A DNA stretch of 62,301 nucleotides, the filler included, from Bipalium vagum (taxonomy: Eukaryota), in the NCBI GenBank assembly GCA_037834085.1. It is 3 parts of 3 records of this genome, joined end to end, with 100 filler letters (N's around TTAATTAATTAA, not from the genome) between each part and the next. Parts side by side here need not be neighbours in the genome. Positions count along the whole stretch, not along the records: positions 1 to 22,405 come from JBBMKC010221682.1; 2 more parts are not named here. One strand, given 5' to 3'. The position numbers were made by a program, and so were the translations under genes. This document shows positions 1-12,870 of the stretch, in pieces. The notes beneath the pieces were generated by a model. The model saw only the letters and a program-made list of their open reading frames with translations. It searched no databases and had not been told where the DNA came from. Position 1 is the first letter of the stretch, and every line of letters starts with the position of its first letter.

Positions 1-69
<69 letters not shown>
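1..69. repeat. (ATA)n microsatellite
   Basis: Perfect trinucleotide run at the window start. Similar (ATT/AAT)n runs occur at ~3051-3092, 12826-12870, 45438-45501, 49490-49525 and 62176-62202. Confidence 0.97.
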
Positions 70-396
70 TAAAATAGTGATATATCAATAATTTTTATAA
101 TACCAATAATAATCAATAAAATCAAATCAAATAATAATCAATATTTTTTTGATAGGAAGCATGAAATAATTTGTACAATAAATTGGTAAGTAAAAACAAC
201 ACTTTAAAAATATTTTCATGTTCCCTTTAAGCCATCTCTCCTCATATGCCAACCAACTTATCGCTCTTATTATTATTTCCACAGTCAATATCACTCCTTA
301 AATACATCTTCCTCTCTTTCTCTCTTCCTCTCATCTTCTACACTTCCTCTCCTAAACCTCTTCTTTCTTTAAGTCATAGATTTTTGAGGTCTTCAA

Positions 397-3047
397 TCAA
401 TAAATACATTTTCTCATGTCCTTGTTATCGTGATCGTTGTCATCGACATATTCTTCTTCGAGTTCACTTTTCTCTTCTTGTTCTTGTTGCTCAGTGTGAT
501 GCATCTGACGGTGTTGGTGGTAATCACGATGACCATGATGATTATGGTGATGAGAGTGATGGTGGTGACTGTGATACTGGTGATGGGCGGCCCTTATGCA
601 ATCATCTATCGTCTGATCTTGTTTGTAGTCTTGTTCCTGGGACCTTTGTTGTAGAAGTTGGTCTTGTGGGTCATCAGTGGATTTTGTTCTGACAAGGGAG
701 TGGTGTGAATGAAGTTGGGCATTTTGGTGGGATTGGTGATGATGATGATGCTGATGAACATCTGATGTTGTTGATTCGTTCTGACTGGTCTTTAGGCAAC
801 GCAACTGGTGCTTATTGGCTGCCGTGGCACAGGTAAACACTCGACCGCACAGTTTGCACTGCATGTCCGCCGTTTTCAAATGCATCTTCAAATGAATAAT
901 TCGAATGTGATAACGAATACTGCTCTTGATGTCGTACATTTTACCACAAAATTTGCATTTGTAGTTCTTCTTTCCAGGTACACCTCCCGGCCCTACTCGT
1001 ATTTCGCAAGAATCCAACAGACGATTGAGCTCATCGGAATTAAGAGTTTTCCTCGTTTCGTGTGCTCTAGGCCTCGACAAAAAATTCATGAATGCTCCAC
1101 CTCCTAATCGTTTATGATTTTGCACTCTATCGGAAAAGTCACCGGATGACTCTTTTACTGCAGCATTGCGCGAAAACGTTGTAACAGGAGAGCTAGACCG
1201 ATTGGTCCAAAGAACCGATTCGGTAGGATTATGGTAACCGTTTTCTGTCACCATTGATAAATAAGGCACACGTTTGCCGTTAAGGGGACTATTTTCAGTC
1301 ATGGTACCACAATTATCGTGATCAACCAACGGCTCGGTGGGAAACATGGTATTATTGGAAGAAGTTGACGAGGTGGCCGTGGAAATAGCAGCTGCAGCGG
1401 CAACGTTAGCGGTATTACTGAGAAAGCTCTAAATGTGAAGAGCGCTTTCAAGTATCAATGGACAAATTGTTCAGAGAAACCAAAAACTTTAATTACATTT
1501 TCGTTTTAATTAAACAGACATTATACCAAAGATTTGATTTTTTTAAAAATTGGATCAAAATATTGTGAAAAGACATAAATTGAAAACTGTAGAGGTTATT
1601 AAGATTGTGACTGTGAAATTCAATAGTTATCATTTTCACAATAAAAAGAACTCGTGTATTTAAAATAAAATTTTACTTTTAAAAAAAAGTTTTATATTTT
1701 TTTAAATTATGAAATTTTCAGCCATTAAAAAGTTTACTAAAAATTAAAACCCAATATTTTGTTCTTCCTCAACAGGTTTCATTTTAAAAGTTAATTTCTA
1801 TTTAGCATTATTAACTTAATTTTAAATAAGAAAATCCTTAAAAAGATAAATTAAATTTTAATAAAATATTTTATAAAAAAACATGTTATTTAAGATTTTA
1901 TTGGTCAAAGTATCATATAATCTCTCTTATCTCAAAACAGAAAATTTAAGAAATAGACAAGATATCCATTTAAATTCAGAATTAAAATAATAAAATAATA
2001 ATATATTAAATAATAATAATAATAAAGTATTCCAAAATCAATAAAAATTCACGTTAGAGTTTGTTTAGAAAAACATCAACATCTTTGCAAAATGTTTATT
2101 AAAACAAAGTTAAAGTCGGAAAAATGAGAAAAAGATATATTTATTTATAATATTCGATTGCTTTTTTCTGTCAGACAAAAATAATGAAAACCTTTATAAT
2201 ACGGAATACCAATCGATAATGATACAACATGCCTCACAAGCCTACGAAAGATTCCACTCTATAATCACCATTCGTCTTTATCAAAATTCTAACAACCTGT
2301 ATGGTAATCATTAAAATTATGAAAAAAATGTTACAACGGTTTTCAATTTGGAATTTTTCTGCAAACGTCAATGACGGAAAATCAAGTGAAACTAGTTGAA
2401 CATTCAAGTACTTGTAATGCGAAAAAAAGAATGGCAGTTATCGAACAAGAGCAGTTAGACAACATTAAGAAAAACAATATAGAACATTTTTGATGAAGAA
2501 TAATTGTGATTTGCAATTTGTCTATCAATCCTTACAAATTCGAAAATCATAAATGAAAGAAAATCTCGGTGTAGAGAATTAAAATAAATGGAAATCGTTC
2601 ATCAGAAGGAGAGCAGAAGTTTGATGCAGTGCAGAGATTGAAAGAACTTAATGTTAAAAGTGAAAACAGCTATTTTTTGAATAAAAAATTGAAAAAAGGG
2701 AAAATATTTATACAGAAAACAGATTTCCAATCAAAATCGAAGTTATCCGCTTGAATAAATTTTTGGCAGAGAAAAAGATAAGACTCAATTCTGGACGTTC
2801 ATAAGTAAAAAATAACACCAAGATTGAAGTATGAATTAGGTCGACACACAAGTAAAGTTGTATCATCAAAAAAGGACACAGAGCAGGAATATTAAGTAAA
2901 TAAATCGGCACCATTGTCTTCTACAATCTCAATCCATTTCAAGGGTAATTTCAAGATTACTAGCATAGAATAGAAAAATTTTGGACGGAAATATTTACAG
3001 CTTCAAAAGAAACGAACATTTTCACACCAGGACATGTATTGCTAGCA

Positions 3048-3093
<46 letters not shown>

Positions 3094-5060
3094 TTCTAAT
3101 CATTTTATGAGTTACATTTCTCTAGTTAATATTAATTCAATTTATTAATATTTATGTTATATTATATTATTATTTATTATGAAATACTAAATTTTATTAT
3201 TACGGAAATCGAAAATGGTTTTACCGATAACAGAAATTGGAAATCGCTTTCTCTCAGAGAATTATCGCCATTATGAGAAGACTTGGCCAACAAATTCGAA
3301 TCGCAGCGACTCGGAATCACTGTCTATGATATATATATATATATTATGATATATATGATTTTTGATATCGATCATAATTAATAAATTATTATTTTTAGAT
3401 TTTGTCATTGATTTATTTATAACAATTATTGCTAATTAACAATGATAAGTTTGAATCAATTCAACTTGGCACTACATTTTTAAAATCTGGTGACAGATTT
3501 AATTGATTTCATTATGTTGGTTAAACTATGTAGTGTCAGTTTTAACTGATATAAATACAAACTAAAATAATGAAGATAAACTAAAATGGATAAAGATTTT
3601 CTTAATATGATAGCCAGGTCAGTTTCCTATTTCTAAATAAATAATTTATCATTAATTAAATATTAGAGATGCAAGTAAAATGAAATTCACCTCTCCGTTG
3701 GGTGCAATGGTAAGATGAAATTAACTAAGACGAAAACAACAACAGACGGTCTAGTGTGGCGATGTAAAAATACGAAAGACGTAAGAAAAACAATAATTAT
3801 TCGTTCGGGCTCATGGTTGACATCTTTCAAAATTGAAATCAGGCAAATGGATTTTTGATTTCTTAATCTCAGGCTTTTATGTGATGTCACATTTCATTGA
3901 TTACATTATTTAGTGACATATTCAATTGATGGTTGTTGTTGTGTCAAGTTAAATTGATCCTAAGTATGGATTGACTTTTATTTACTAATTATTATAAAAT
4001 GTTGATTTATTATCGACTTTTTATATTTCACAATTATAAATTTTTTAATTGATCTTTATATGATTATCTTCATCGATAAATAGAAATATTGATTTTTTAA
4101 AAATTTTTTAATTAATCATTTTTTTTAAAATATCTTTTTATATTAAATTATTGTATTCGATTTGTTTTCAATGCAATCATCGATAATTAGCAAGACTGAT
4201 TTTTTAATTGATTTTTATAATAAATTATTACAATTGTTTCTTAATATTTATACAAATTATAAATTATCGAATTTGATATATTTTCATTGAACATAATTTT
4301 TTAAAATTTTACTGATCAAATATTAATTACTGAATTTTTAAAAAGAATTTTTTATTACAAATTATCTTCATCGATTTATTTTTTCAAAACAAAAATTAGA
4401 AATACCGATATTTTTATCTTAATATATAATCGATTTTGTTAATTTTTACATCATAAAATCGACAGATCAGAAAAATATTACCTCTGAACTACTGCCGCCC
4501 CCAACTAGATTGGTTTCTGACTTGATCAAGCAGTTCAACGCTGCAAAAGACGAGGGCGAGCTGCTCGACAGCGGCAAAATTGTGGAGAGAGAATTCGAAA
4601 GAGAATCCGAACTGGGATAAGATATTCGGTTGTTGGAAAACAGAACGGGTTCCTGGTTTGGCCGAAAACCCGTAGACGACTGAGAACAACAAAAATCTAC
4701 GTTACCATGAGAACAATTGGTGAACGAGTTTAGGAAGGAGTTTTGGTAATTAATTCCGTGATTCTTTTTCATTAGACCGTCACAAGATGGGGATTTGGCG
4801 CTGTTGCCCACACCACTCGATGCGTATTGCATCAGTTCGCCGACTTTTTCCAAGAGATTAATGGACGTTTTGAAAGCCATTAGCATGTCCTCTTTTGGTA
4901 TCGATTCAGCCGTGTTTGCGGCACATTGGACCTGATTTAGAATTATCAAATAATAATTATTAAGATAATAATTATCATTTTAATAATTCTAAATCGTAAA
5001 AAATTTTCGTACCATAGACTGAAATGACCGAATCGGAGACATGATGAGTGACAGATCCAT
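397..5060 (-). CDS. His/Gln-rich zinc-finger transcription factor (one C2H2 and one C2HC finger), 3 exons, ~509 aa
   Basis: Exons 5060-5013 (MDLSLIMSPIRSFQSM), 4931-4482 and 1428-397. All introns are GT..AG and phase 0, and the joined frame is open. Fingers: CKFCGKMYDIKSSIRYHIRIIH and CKLCGRVFTCATAANKHQLRC. The C-terminus is poly-His/Gln/Glu. A further upstream exon cannot be excluded. Confidence 0.85.
3453..3960 (+). mobile_element. Non-autonomous Merlin (IS1016/IS1595-like) DNA transposon inside intron 2 of the zinc-finger gene
   Basis: 20-bp TIRs gaatcaattcaacttggcac / gtgtcaagttaaattgatcc (3 mismatches). The flanks taagttt(g) and taagtat(g) look like a TSD. Internal translation CNGKMKLTKTKTTTDGLVWRCKN..IIIRSGSW matches the Merlin transposase N-terminus pattern. 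Confidence 0.75.
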
Positions 5061-6837
5061 ATTCAGAGTTATAATTTGAAAATTCCGCAATTAAGTTCGT
5101 TTAAACAAATTTCGAAATTAATAAAAGAAAAAGTTTATTTTAAAACAATTTAATGATTTATTGGAAATGTTAAATAAATTTATTTTACAGATGAAAAATT
5201 TTCACCTGTTTTATGTAAAAATTCTTTATTTGATAATTTTTTGATTAATGAAGTAATAATAGTGATATTATGTTAATGTTAAAAATGTCAGATAAAATAT
5301 AAAAAGATTTTGTTAAATTTTAAAAAATTGATTTTAATTATTAAAAAAATGATTTAATTAATGAAAAATGTTAATTTATTTTACCGAAATTGTTTTAAAA
5401 TAAATTTTAAATTGTTAATCAATTAATAATTATTATTATATTATGTAGAGACACGATTACAATGATACACGGTTGTAAAATGTTGAGTCAGTGATGGTGT
5501 TGGAATCGACTTCAGACCAGATGGTCGCTTTGGTATATGCTGTTCATTATATGCCAGATTATAGCCTGAGCTTAATTGGTAACTATGATACAGTCAAAAT
5601 CACCAAAATACTCCGAAATCTAGTCTGGGTGATTTAAGGACCAACATAAAACTCTTTGGTTCATATACGCATATAATCGATCTTTGCATTTTCGTTGATA
5701 TAATTGATGTAATATTTTGATCATACTCACCTCAGTGTATTTCCATTTCCAGCTTAACAATCAGACATACTAATTCCATAAACTTCGATTCCAACCTTAT
5801 GTTATACATCTCTTGTATTTATGTTTTACAATCATTTATAATTTTACACTTTACACTTTTCTTAGCTTATCTCAGGAGTTATGCAGACTACCATTAGTCG
5901 AAAAGATTATTATTCTTTAATGAAAAAATTAACATTGTACATGTAATTATTTAGAGTTGGAAGCAACTGAAATTGTTATATAAATCGATTCATTATATTT
6001 CATTCGATACAGACATATATTATTAATCCGCAACTTTTTTATTATAGTAAATCTAAATAATAATTGAATTCTCTGTGTTGAATAGTGAACGATAGGTTGA
6101 ACACATATTGATTAACCCAACAATAGTAACAAATTTTAATGATTAATTTAAAAATTTTTAAGAAAACTAAATAAATTAGAAATAAAATATTAAAAAGTTT
6201 TAAATTTATTTTAATTATTTTTTTATAAATTAATTTTATTCGCAAAAATGATTTTAGTTGAAAAATATAAAAATTATATAAATAAATAAAAACTAAACCT
6301 AATTATTATTTTAAAAATTTTGAAAAAAAAATATTTATTTTTAGAAATGAAAACAATTTTTATATGTTTAAAAGCATATTATTTCTTTAAATAATAAAGT
6401 TTTTTTTTAACTTAATGACCTTATTGTTTCCCATCAGTTGCTCTTCATACGAGATGGAGATATATTATTCCGACTTTGGAAAGCCATGTAGAGATTTTAT
6501 TTATTTATGTTTTCTGCAGCTTTTTTTTAATAAAAATAATAAAATATAATATCCTTATAAAATTTGGAAATGTATAACATAGGGTACGCAAGATATCAAA
6601 TGAATTCTCAGGGCCCGAAATATGCTTAGCAGCTGATGATTATTTCAGAATAGAATCAGCTTGAGAAACGAGTAAACTATTCACTATAACGATTAGAAGT
6701 AACGCTTTATTTATTGAACAAAAGTTTTGTTGACAAAAGAAACGTTGAATAAAGTACAAGTCAACAATTCTTTTCCTTATTTAAGGAAGAATAAAAGTTT
6801 AAATTGCAAAAAACTTCTATTCCGAGAAACGAGCTCG

Positions 6838-7718
6838 ATGATTTTAACTATTTACTTATTCCTGCTTATTTACAAAGTTGAATCAAATATGTTTTACCAT
6901 TCCACGGAGATCTGTGTTTTCAAAACGCCACAGAAGCTTACAGTTTTGTCTCCGATTGAATGTGCTCTTCAATGCTACTTTAGTGATTGCAGCGGTTTCC
7001 AATTTGATGTGACGAACATGGTCTGCTTGTTGTATGGAGAGTCCAAAATAGAAAAAGACAATACTAAGTGTCCCAATATCACCACATTTATCGCAAACAA
7101 AAATATGGAAAAGGTTTTAATTCCGTTTTTCGTTAAAATCGATCAATGTTTTTAATTTAGTGCCCCACAGTTGCGCCAAATCACCGAATTACAATTATAA
7201 GAAGGCTGAGCAAATACTTTGGCTTAGAAGAAAATGTGACTTTCAAGATTACTGAAATAGGTTCAACGACCTCCATTGGCAAATTTATGAATTCTTCTTT
7301 CTTTGCGGTTCTGATCACAACGAAAATCAATAAGCTTTTCATATTGAAGCCCCCTTTTTTTCAATGTTTCATAAGCATTACAAGTTTCTGTATTGGTTTC
7401 GTACACAATTTTCTGTCTTACGCAACTGACAACACTTGTAATGACCACATGACGTGCCTTGCCAATCTACGTAGCCCTATAAGACGACCACACGTCAAAA
7501 ATCAAGTACTTCTCATTATGGAGGTCAAGTATGTCGACTATCCCAGATTCATTCAGGAAATGGTTCAAAATAGATGGCATCTGGTTTTGGTTCCCAAGAA
7601 TGGGTTTCACAAACCGATCATCCAAAATATACTCAGATATTTTAAACTTTGTAAGAACAATTACTTTTCTATTGAAAACATTTGCTTTGGCGACCTTGAC
7701 GTAGAACACACAACGTAG
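6838..7718 (+). CDS. Secreted PAN/apple-domain protein (exon 6838-7113, intron 7114-7160, exon from 7161; 3' end uncertain)
   Basis: Hydrophobic N-terminus MILTIYLFLLIYKVES and PAN-like cysteine pattern SPIECALQCYFSDCSGFQFDVTNMVCLLY. A 47-nt GT..AG intron joins it in frame to the 7236-7718 ORF. Confidence 0.6.
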
Positions 7719-8309
7719 AACGTCCCTTATCGTGTCTTAGCACTCATATCTTTGTTGAGCCTTTGGATTGGTGTTGTCATGCGATTTAGTAACAATAAAT
7801 GTTGGATTCAATTTCTCTTTTAAAGTTTTATTAACAAAAAAAGAAAAATGAAATAAAGTCGAACATGTTTAAAGCTTAACTCGGGGACTATCGGTATTTT
7901 GTCGCGTTATCCGTTTTTCGTGTGAAGCACTTTTATATAATTTATGACGTCATCCATTATAAAATAATAAAACATTATAAATTCGAACACTCTGGCACTC
8001 ACGTAGGCATATATAAAAGGCAAGTTTAAAAGATTCCCTTCAGTTAAGATCACAGTATAAAGACTCGTCGTAAATGTGGTAGTTTTTGCTATCCACTTAA
8101 GTTACACCATATTTTCCATTTTAACTGTCTCTCTCTTCATACCAAAAACCTCAAACGTATAATCCGTGCACCAATCACAAAAGACACGGGGAATAATGCT
8201 AAGATGGTCAAACAAAATCAACAAAGAACCTAAACCTAAGCAATATCGTTTCTTACAGACTGGTTATCTCAAATGACTTGGATACACAAATAATATTTCT
8301 TATTTACAC

Positions 8310-8500
8310 ATAGACCCCAACAATAACAAAAACCGTCAACATAACTGTGATTTTGGAATGGTCTTGATGGACTGTTGTTGGTTTCGGTCCATTTTTGCAA
8401 GCCTCTAACGTGCTAGTCGACTGCATACTCATAAATCAATGTCTCATAGCCAGTAATAATGTGGCCCATGAAAAGCATGTCTTGAGTGACAAGAAAACAG
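8310..8500 (-). mobile_element. mariner transposase fragment
   Basis: Minus-strand translation gives ..FMGHIITGYETLIYEY.. and, after a frameshift, PKPTTVHQDHSKITVMLTVF, matching the mariner IITGDETW / KVMLTVF motifs. Confidence 0.65.
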
Positions 8501-9179
8501 GCAAGACCCAATTGATATCCTATTTATTCAGGTATCTCTCTGGTTTTCAACGGACCATCATTGTGCAAAGGCTTTCTTCCTTTTCAAAGGTTTCCATCGT
8601 CGGTTAATGTGGAAGGTCTTCCTTTTATGGATTTTTTGCAGTCATCAAAGAGCATTTACCAGTGATAAGTTCTTGCTTGGGACGGAGAATTTTCTTCTTT
8701 TCATTCCCAGAGTTCTCAACTACTCAAGATCATTCCACTGTAATGCCAACAGGGAGGTGTGAAAAATCACGTGATGATTTCTTACGCGATCACTTAAACA
8801 AGGATACCTATTCAATAATAACAGAAAACTTTGAATCTCTATGAATTTTTAGGACAGGGTCAACCTCAAATTTACAAGGTTTTTTGCCTCATCATGATCA
8901 ACATGATTGTTGAGCATTGGTGACGGTCTCGACAGAAGTCACATCTTTTTTGTTATTTCATCCATTATCATATTCGCACTCCTGATAATGTGACGACGTC
9001 ATCAAATTGTAATTTGTTATTCCGGTACGCTAAGTTACAATGATAAAGCTGTGTCTTACCGTAATGAGAAAGAAGACGGGAAATTTCTGTGTCTTTTCCA
9101 CTTGGTGCCTTGTTCGGTTGGAAGATTACTTTTTTTTGTTGGTACACTGGGAGGGGGAACACTAGTACCTCTTTATAGC

Positions 9180-10340
9180 GGATAAGTCATCCCGCGAGAC
9201 GTTCCTCCTAGATCCAAGTAGGAGTGAACTGGGTCTGAAGCAGAAATGATTTGATATCATTCTCTTTATTCTATCCCTTTTGCAGGACCTACAAGGAGAC
9301 AATGATTGTGGTCATTTTGTCTACAGTTATACCATTAACTATTGCCTAAAGAATCGGGTCTTTAAGGTACCGAAATTGAATATGATTAATGAAGAACCAA
9401 TCTTAGTGGTAGGTAGGATAATAGAGGGAAAAAGTCTCTCAACCAAGGAGATGAAAAAGGAAACAGTTGAAGAACTCATATCCATGCCCCCATTAGTCAA
9501 GTTGGGGATACTTTAATGTTGTTCTTTCTGAATAAAAGTCAAAGTGCTGGTACTGAAATTGATGTGTTACGATGAGAAGATGTGTGCCAAGTACAAGAAG
9601 ATCACAGATCGGATACTTATAGACTACAAGGAACCAACATAGCCCTTTGACCCTAGAATGGCTTGGTAACATCGATTCCCGTATCATAATAGTATTATTC
9701 AGGGTTACAGGTGTCTGACGAACTCAACCCTGTATTCCTGCTGTCCTTGTGATGGTATCCCCATAATACCCAGGACCCGATGAGTGAGAATAGAACGAAA
9801 AAATATTAAAAATCCAAAATCAAAGCAATCAGTCAACAAGCAGAATCATCGGAAATCAATAAAATTTAAAATAAACCATACATATTTTCATGATGTGAAA
9901 CAGTGTTGTAAATCAAATGAATCGTTGTAAATTAACAATTATATTACTAAAACTTGGTGGAGAACGGAAAGTGTTAGGGTTCTTGATTTTTCAATTCTCA
10001 AACATTGACAACTAGAACGAAGCCATCACACAAGAATTGGTACATATATCCGTTGAAGTGCTTAAAAATTCAACCAATATCGTTCCATGATAATAATAAT
10101 GTTGGCGCAAACCTACTCCTTAGCGTACCTGACCTTACTGAGATTGCTATGGGCCTAACTACAGAGCTCGCACCTCACCCTTCAAAAAAACACAAAATCT
10201 CTCTCTGTAAAAATTTATTGAATGAGGGTGAGACCTTTGTAAATAAACAAACAAACTGCAAGGCAGTCATTCACTCAAACATCCTTATTATAAAGCTGTG
10301 CCAGGGAAAACCCTGGTCAGCAAAAATAAAATTATCATAA
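9180..10340 (+). mobile_element. Mosaic of degenerate retroelement-like sequence
   Basis: Higher GC than the flanks with broken ORFs. Contains a cysteine-protease-like QGDNDCGHFV motif (~9292-9321) and a PBS-like TGGTGGAGAA (~9956). Family not resolved. Confidence 0.35.
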
Positions 10341-11440
10341 TCATACCTGATAATTTTTTGGCTTATATAATTTTTCAAAGTTTATTTTAGCGTTTCTGAT
10401 TGGTCAATTAAGTAGTCAATCGTGAAGTACTTATTATATTTAATTATTTCTAAAAATAGAATAAATTTCTAAAATTTTCTACAAAATTTAATTTAGGAAT
10501 TTTAGGATGACATGCTACTGATTAAAAATCAGTAGTTGCTCCTAAAATAATATTTAAAATTCAATTTTTACAAAATTAAAAATATAATGATAATTATTTA
10601 TTTCACTGGCATTAAAATGTGGTAAATTATCGTTTGGAAATTCAATAAATAAAATTTCTCTATAATTAGTTTTAAGGATCTCATTCCGAAAAAAGCTGTA
10701 GCATGTTGATTTTATTTTTAAATGGCTAATTTAATCTTTAAGTAATATACATTTTTAGCTTTACTTTTTTAATTATATAGGATATTATTTAATTGTAACG
10801 AAAGTGGTCGCTATTTAGGTCGCTGCACTCCGCTAATTAAGAAAACACTCTGTAAGTCTGGATTCTAAAAAAGCATAATATAGCATAAGAAATATTAAAG
10901 TAACCTTGTCAAAAGACCTGCAGTGATATCGATGTTTAACCAGTTTTCCTTTTATTGTTGTTATTGATTTATCTATACATTCAATATCAGCACAAATAAT
11001 CAATGAATTCGTAATTTATATTAAAATTTTTCCATTTCTTAATAAAATATTAAAACTGTGTGATAACGTCTTTCGATTTCTGTTTCTGTCACTTTTTAAG
11101 GTCATTTCTTCAAAATAATCTTGGAGAAAAATATTCTCGAGGTGACTGTTTACTCTTGGTTGAAAATTTCAAAACAAAAAAAAATTAGAAAATAAAACCA
11201 ACGAAAAAATTCCCAAGTCAGAAATATATATTTACAAAGGCATATCAACAAAAACCACTTCATCATCATCATCATTGCCATTGCCATTGGAGACCCATCG
11301 AGTAAATTTCGGGTTGAACTGGATTGGAGACTAGGTACTGTGAAGCAAAGAAAGAGGAGACTCTACAAGGCAAAAGAGTGTCAAAGACAAAGAGAGAAAA
11401 GAACAGGCTGAGAGAGAGAGAAAGAAAAGAGAACAATTGT

Positions 11441-12824
11441 TTACAGAGGCGGCAAGAAATCGTCAAGATCCAATGGCAGCTGGAGAGGAAAACCGTCATC
11501 GGAAGATGTTTGGAAGTTGGACGAACAGCTGAAATCCGTGTCGAACGATGACGACGTGTTGGAATCGTTGAAATCGTCGAAGCCACCGAACACAGACGAA
11601 TAGCTGGACCGGACCGGTGAAGGAGACATTTCCGATTTAAATGCGTCGTCGCTTATATTGTCCCTGTTGCTGCTTGTGTTGTTGCTGGTGATGGGGTCTT
11701 CATGGAAGCGATCGATGTCGGTCAGTGAATAAAGTGTCGGTGAATTTGGTTTCGCTGAATCGCCGTTGAGGCAGATTTGGGAAATGACGTGGTCGTTCTC
11801 GGCTATGGTGGCGTATTGATTCAAGCTGGACAGAGCGTAGGGTTTTTTGAAGATTGGCTTAGACAGAAAGTGACCACTGCCCTGATTGGACAGAGGAGGA
11901 AGAAACTTTACGATGCTGGATTTTTCGCTGGAAAACCCTGTTCTCTTGGTCAAATAGCAAAGTTTGGAAACAGTCTGGTGAAGAGACAATGGAGATTAAT
12001 GGGGTTTTGTCATTATTTCATAAATGATAATAATAATAAAAATAATAAAAATAAAAAATAATAATAATTTAATAACTAATAGTCGATCATTTAATTGAAA
12101 ATGAGGTAATCTAAAAAATCAATAAATATTTAACCTGTTTAAAAGGAACTGTCTCAAAGCATGCTTGTGTTCTTGATAGGCTCAGCGATCCCGTCAACAT
12201 TCTCGAGTTCCAGTTGCCTCCGCTGGCGCAACCTTGTCCGGGAGCACCGACCCCGGTTGCAGTGGTCGCCTGAGACTGAACCTGAGTCGTAGCTGGAGAC
12301 CCGGAACCCATTCCGTAAAATCGATCGTCATTGATCATTGAGTATTGATTGCCGGTGATAATGTTGCTCCTGTTGGTACTGGTGCTGTTGGTACTGCTGG
12401 GGTTGTGAGGCGCGACGGTGGTGGCGGCCGAGTAAATTTGGAACTGACGCCGATATTTGATCAAATTTGAACCGAGATTGTCCGTGTAGTTCGGATTTAT
12501 TCTCCAAAATCCACCCTTACCCCTTTCATCTTTTCTCCGTGGGACTTTTTCGAAGCACTTCTTCAATGACAAATTATGTCGCACTGAGTTCTGCACAAAT
12601 TTCGATTCAAAAACCAAATCATTTACGTTATTGATTTTTATTAATCAATAATTACAAAAGATTGTCAATAAAATTAAACTAAAATAACGTCAAATAATAT
12701 CAAAATAAAAATCAATTATAATAAAATCAATAATATAAAAAATATAAATGTAATAATAAATAAAAATAATTATCAATAATAATAATAATTATTATTATTG
12801 ATTTTTATTATTTTATGTTTAATA

Positions 12825-12870
<46 letters not shown>

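Noticed and set aside
246-1107. Plus-strand ORFs 246-692, 430-654 and 808-1107
   Set aside because: They are antisense shadows of the low-complexity zinc-finger exon.
2150-3050. Coding-like purine-rich stretch in the zinc-finger intron
   Set aside because: It has many stops and no diagnostic motif. Probably TE debris, but I cannot assign it.
11272-12061. ORFs 11272-11586, 11324-11551 and 11777-12061
   Set aside because: Alternative-frame or antisense overlaps of the last foxJ1 exon and its (GA)-rich 3' UTR.
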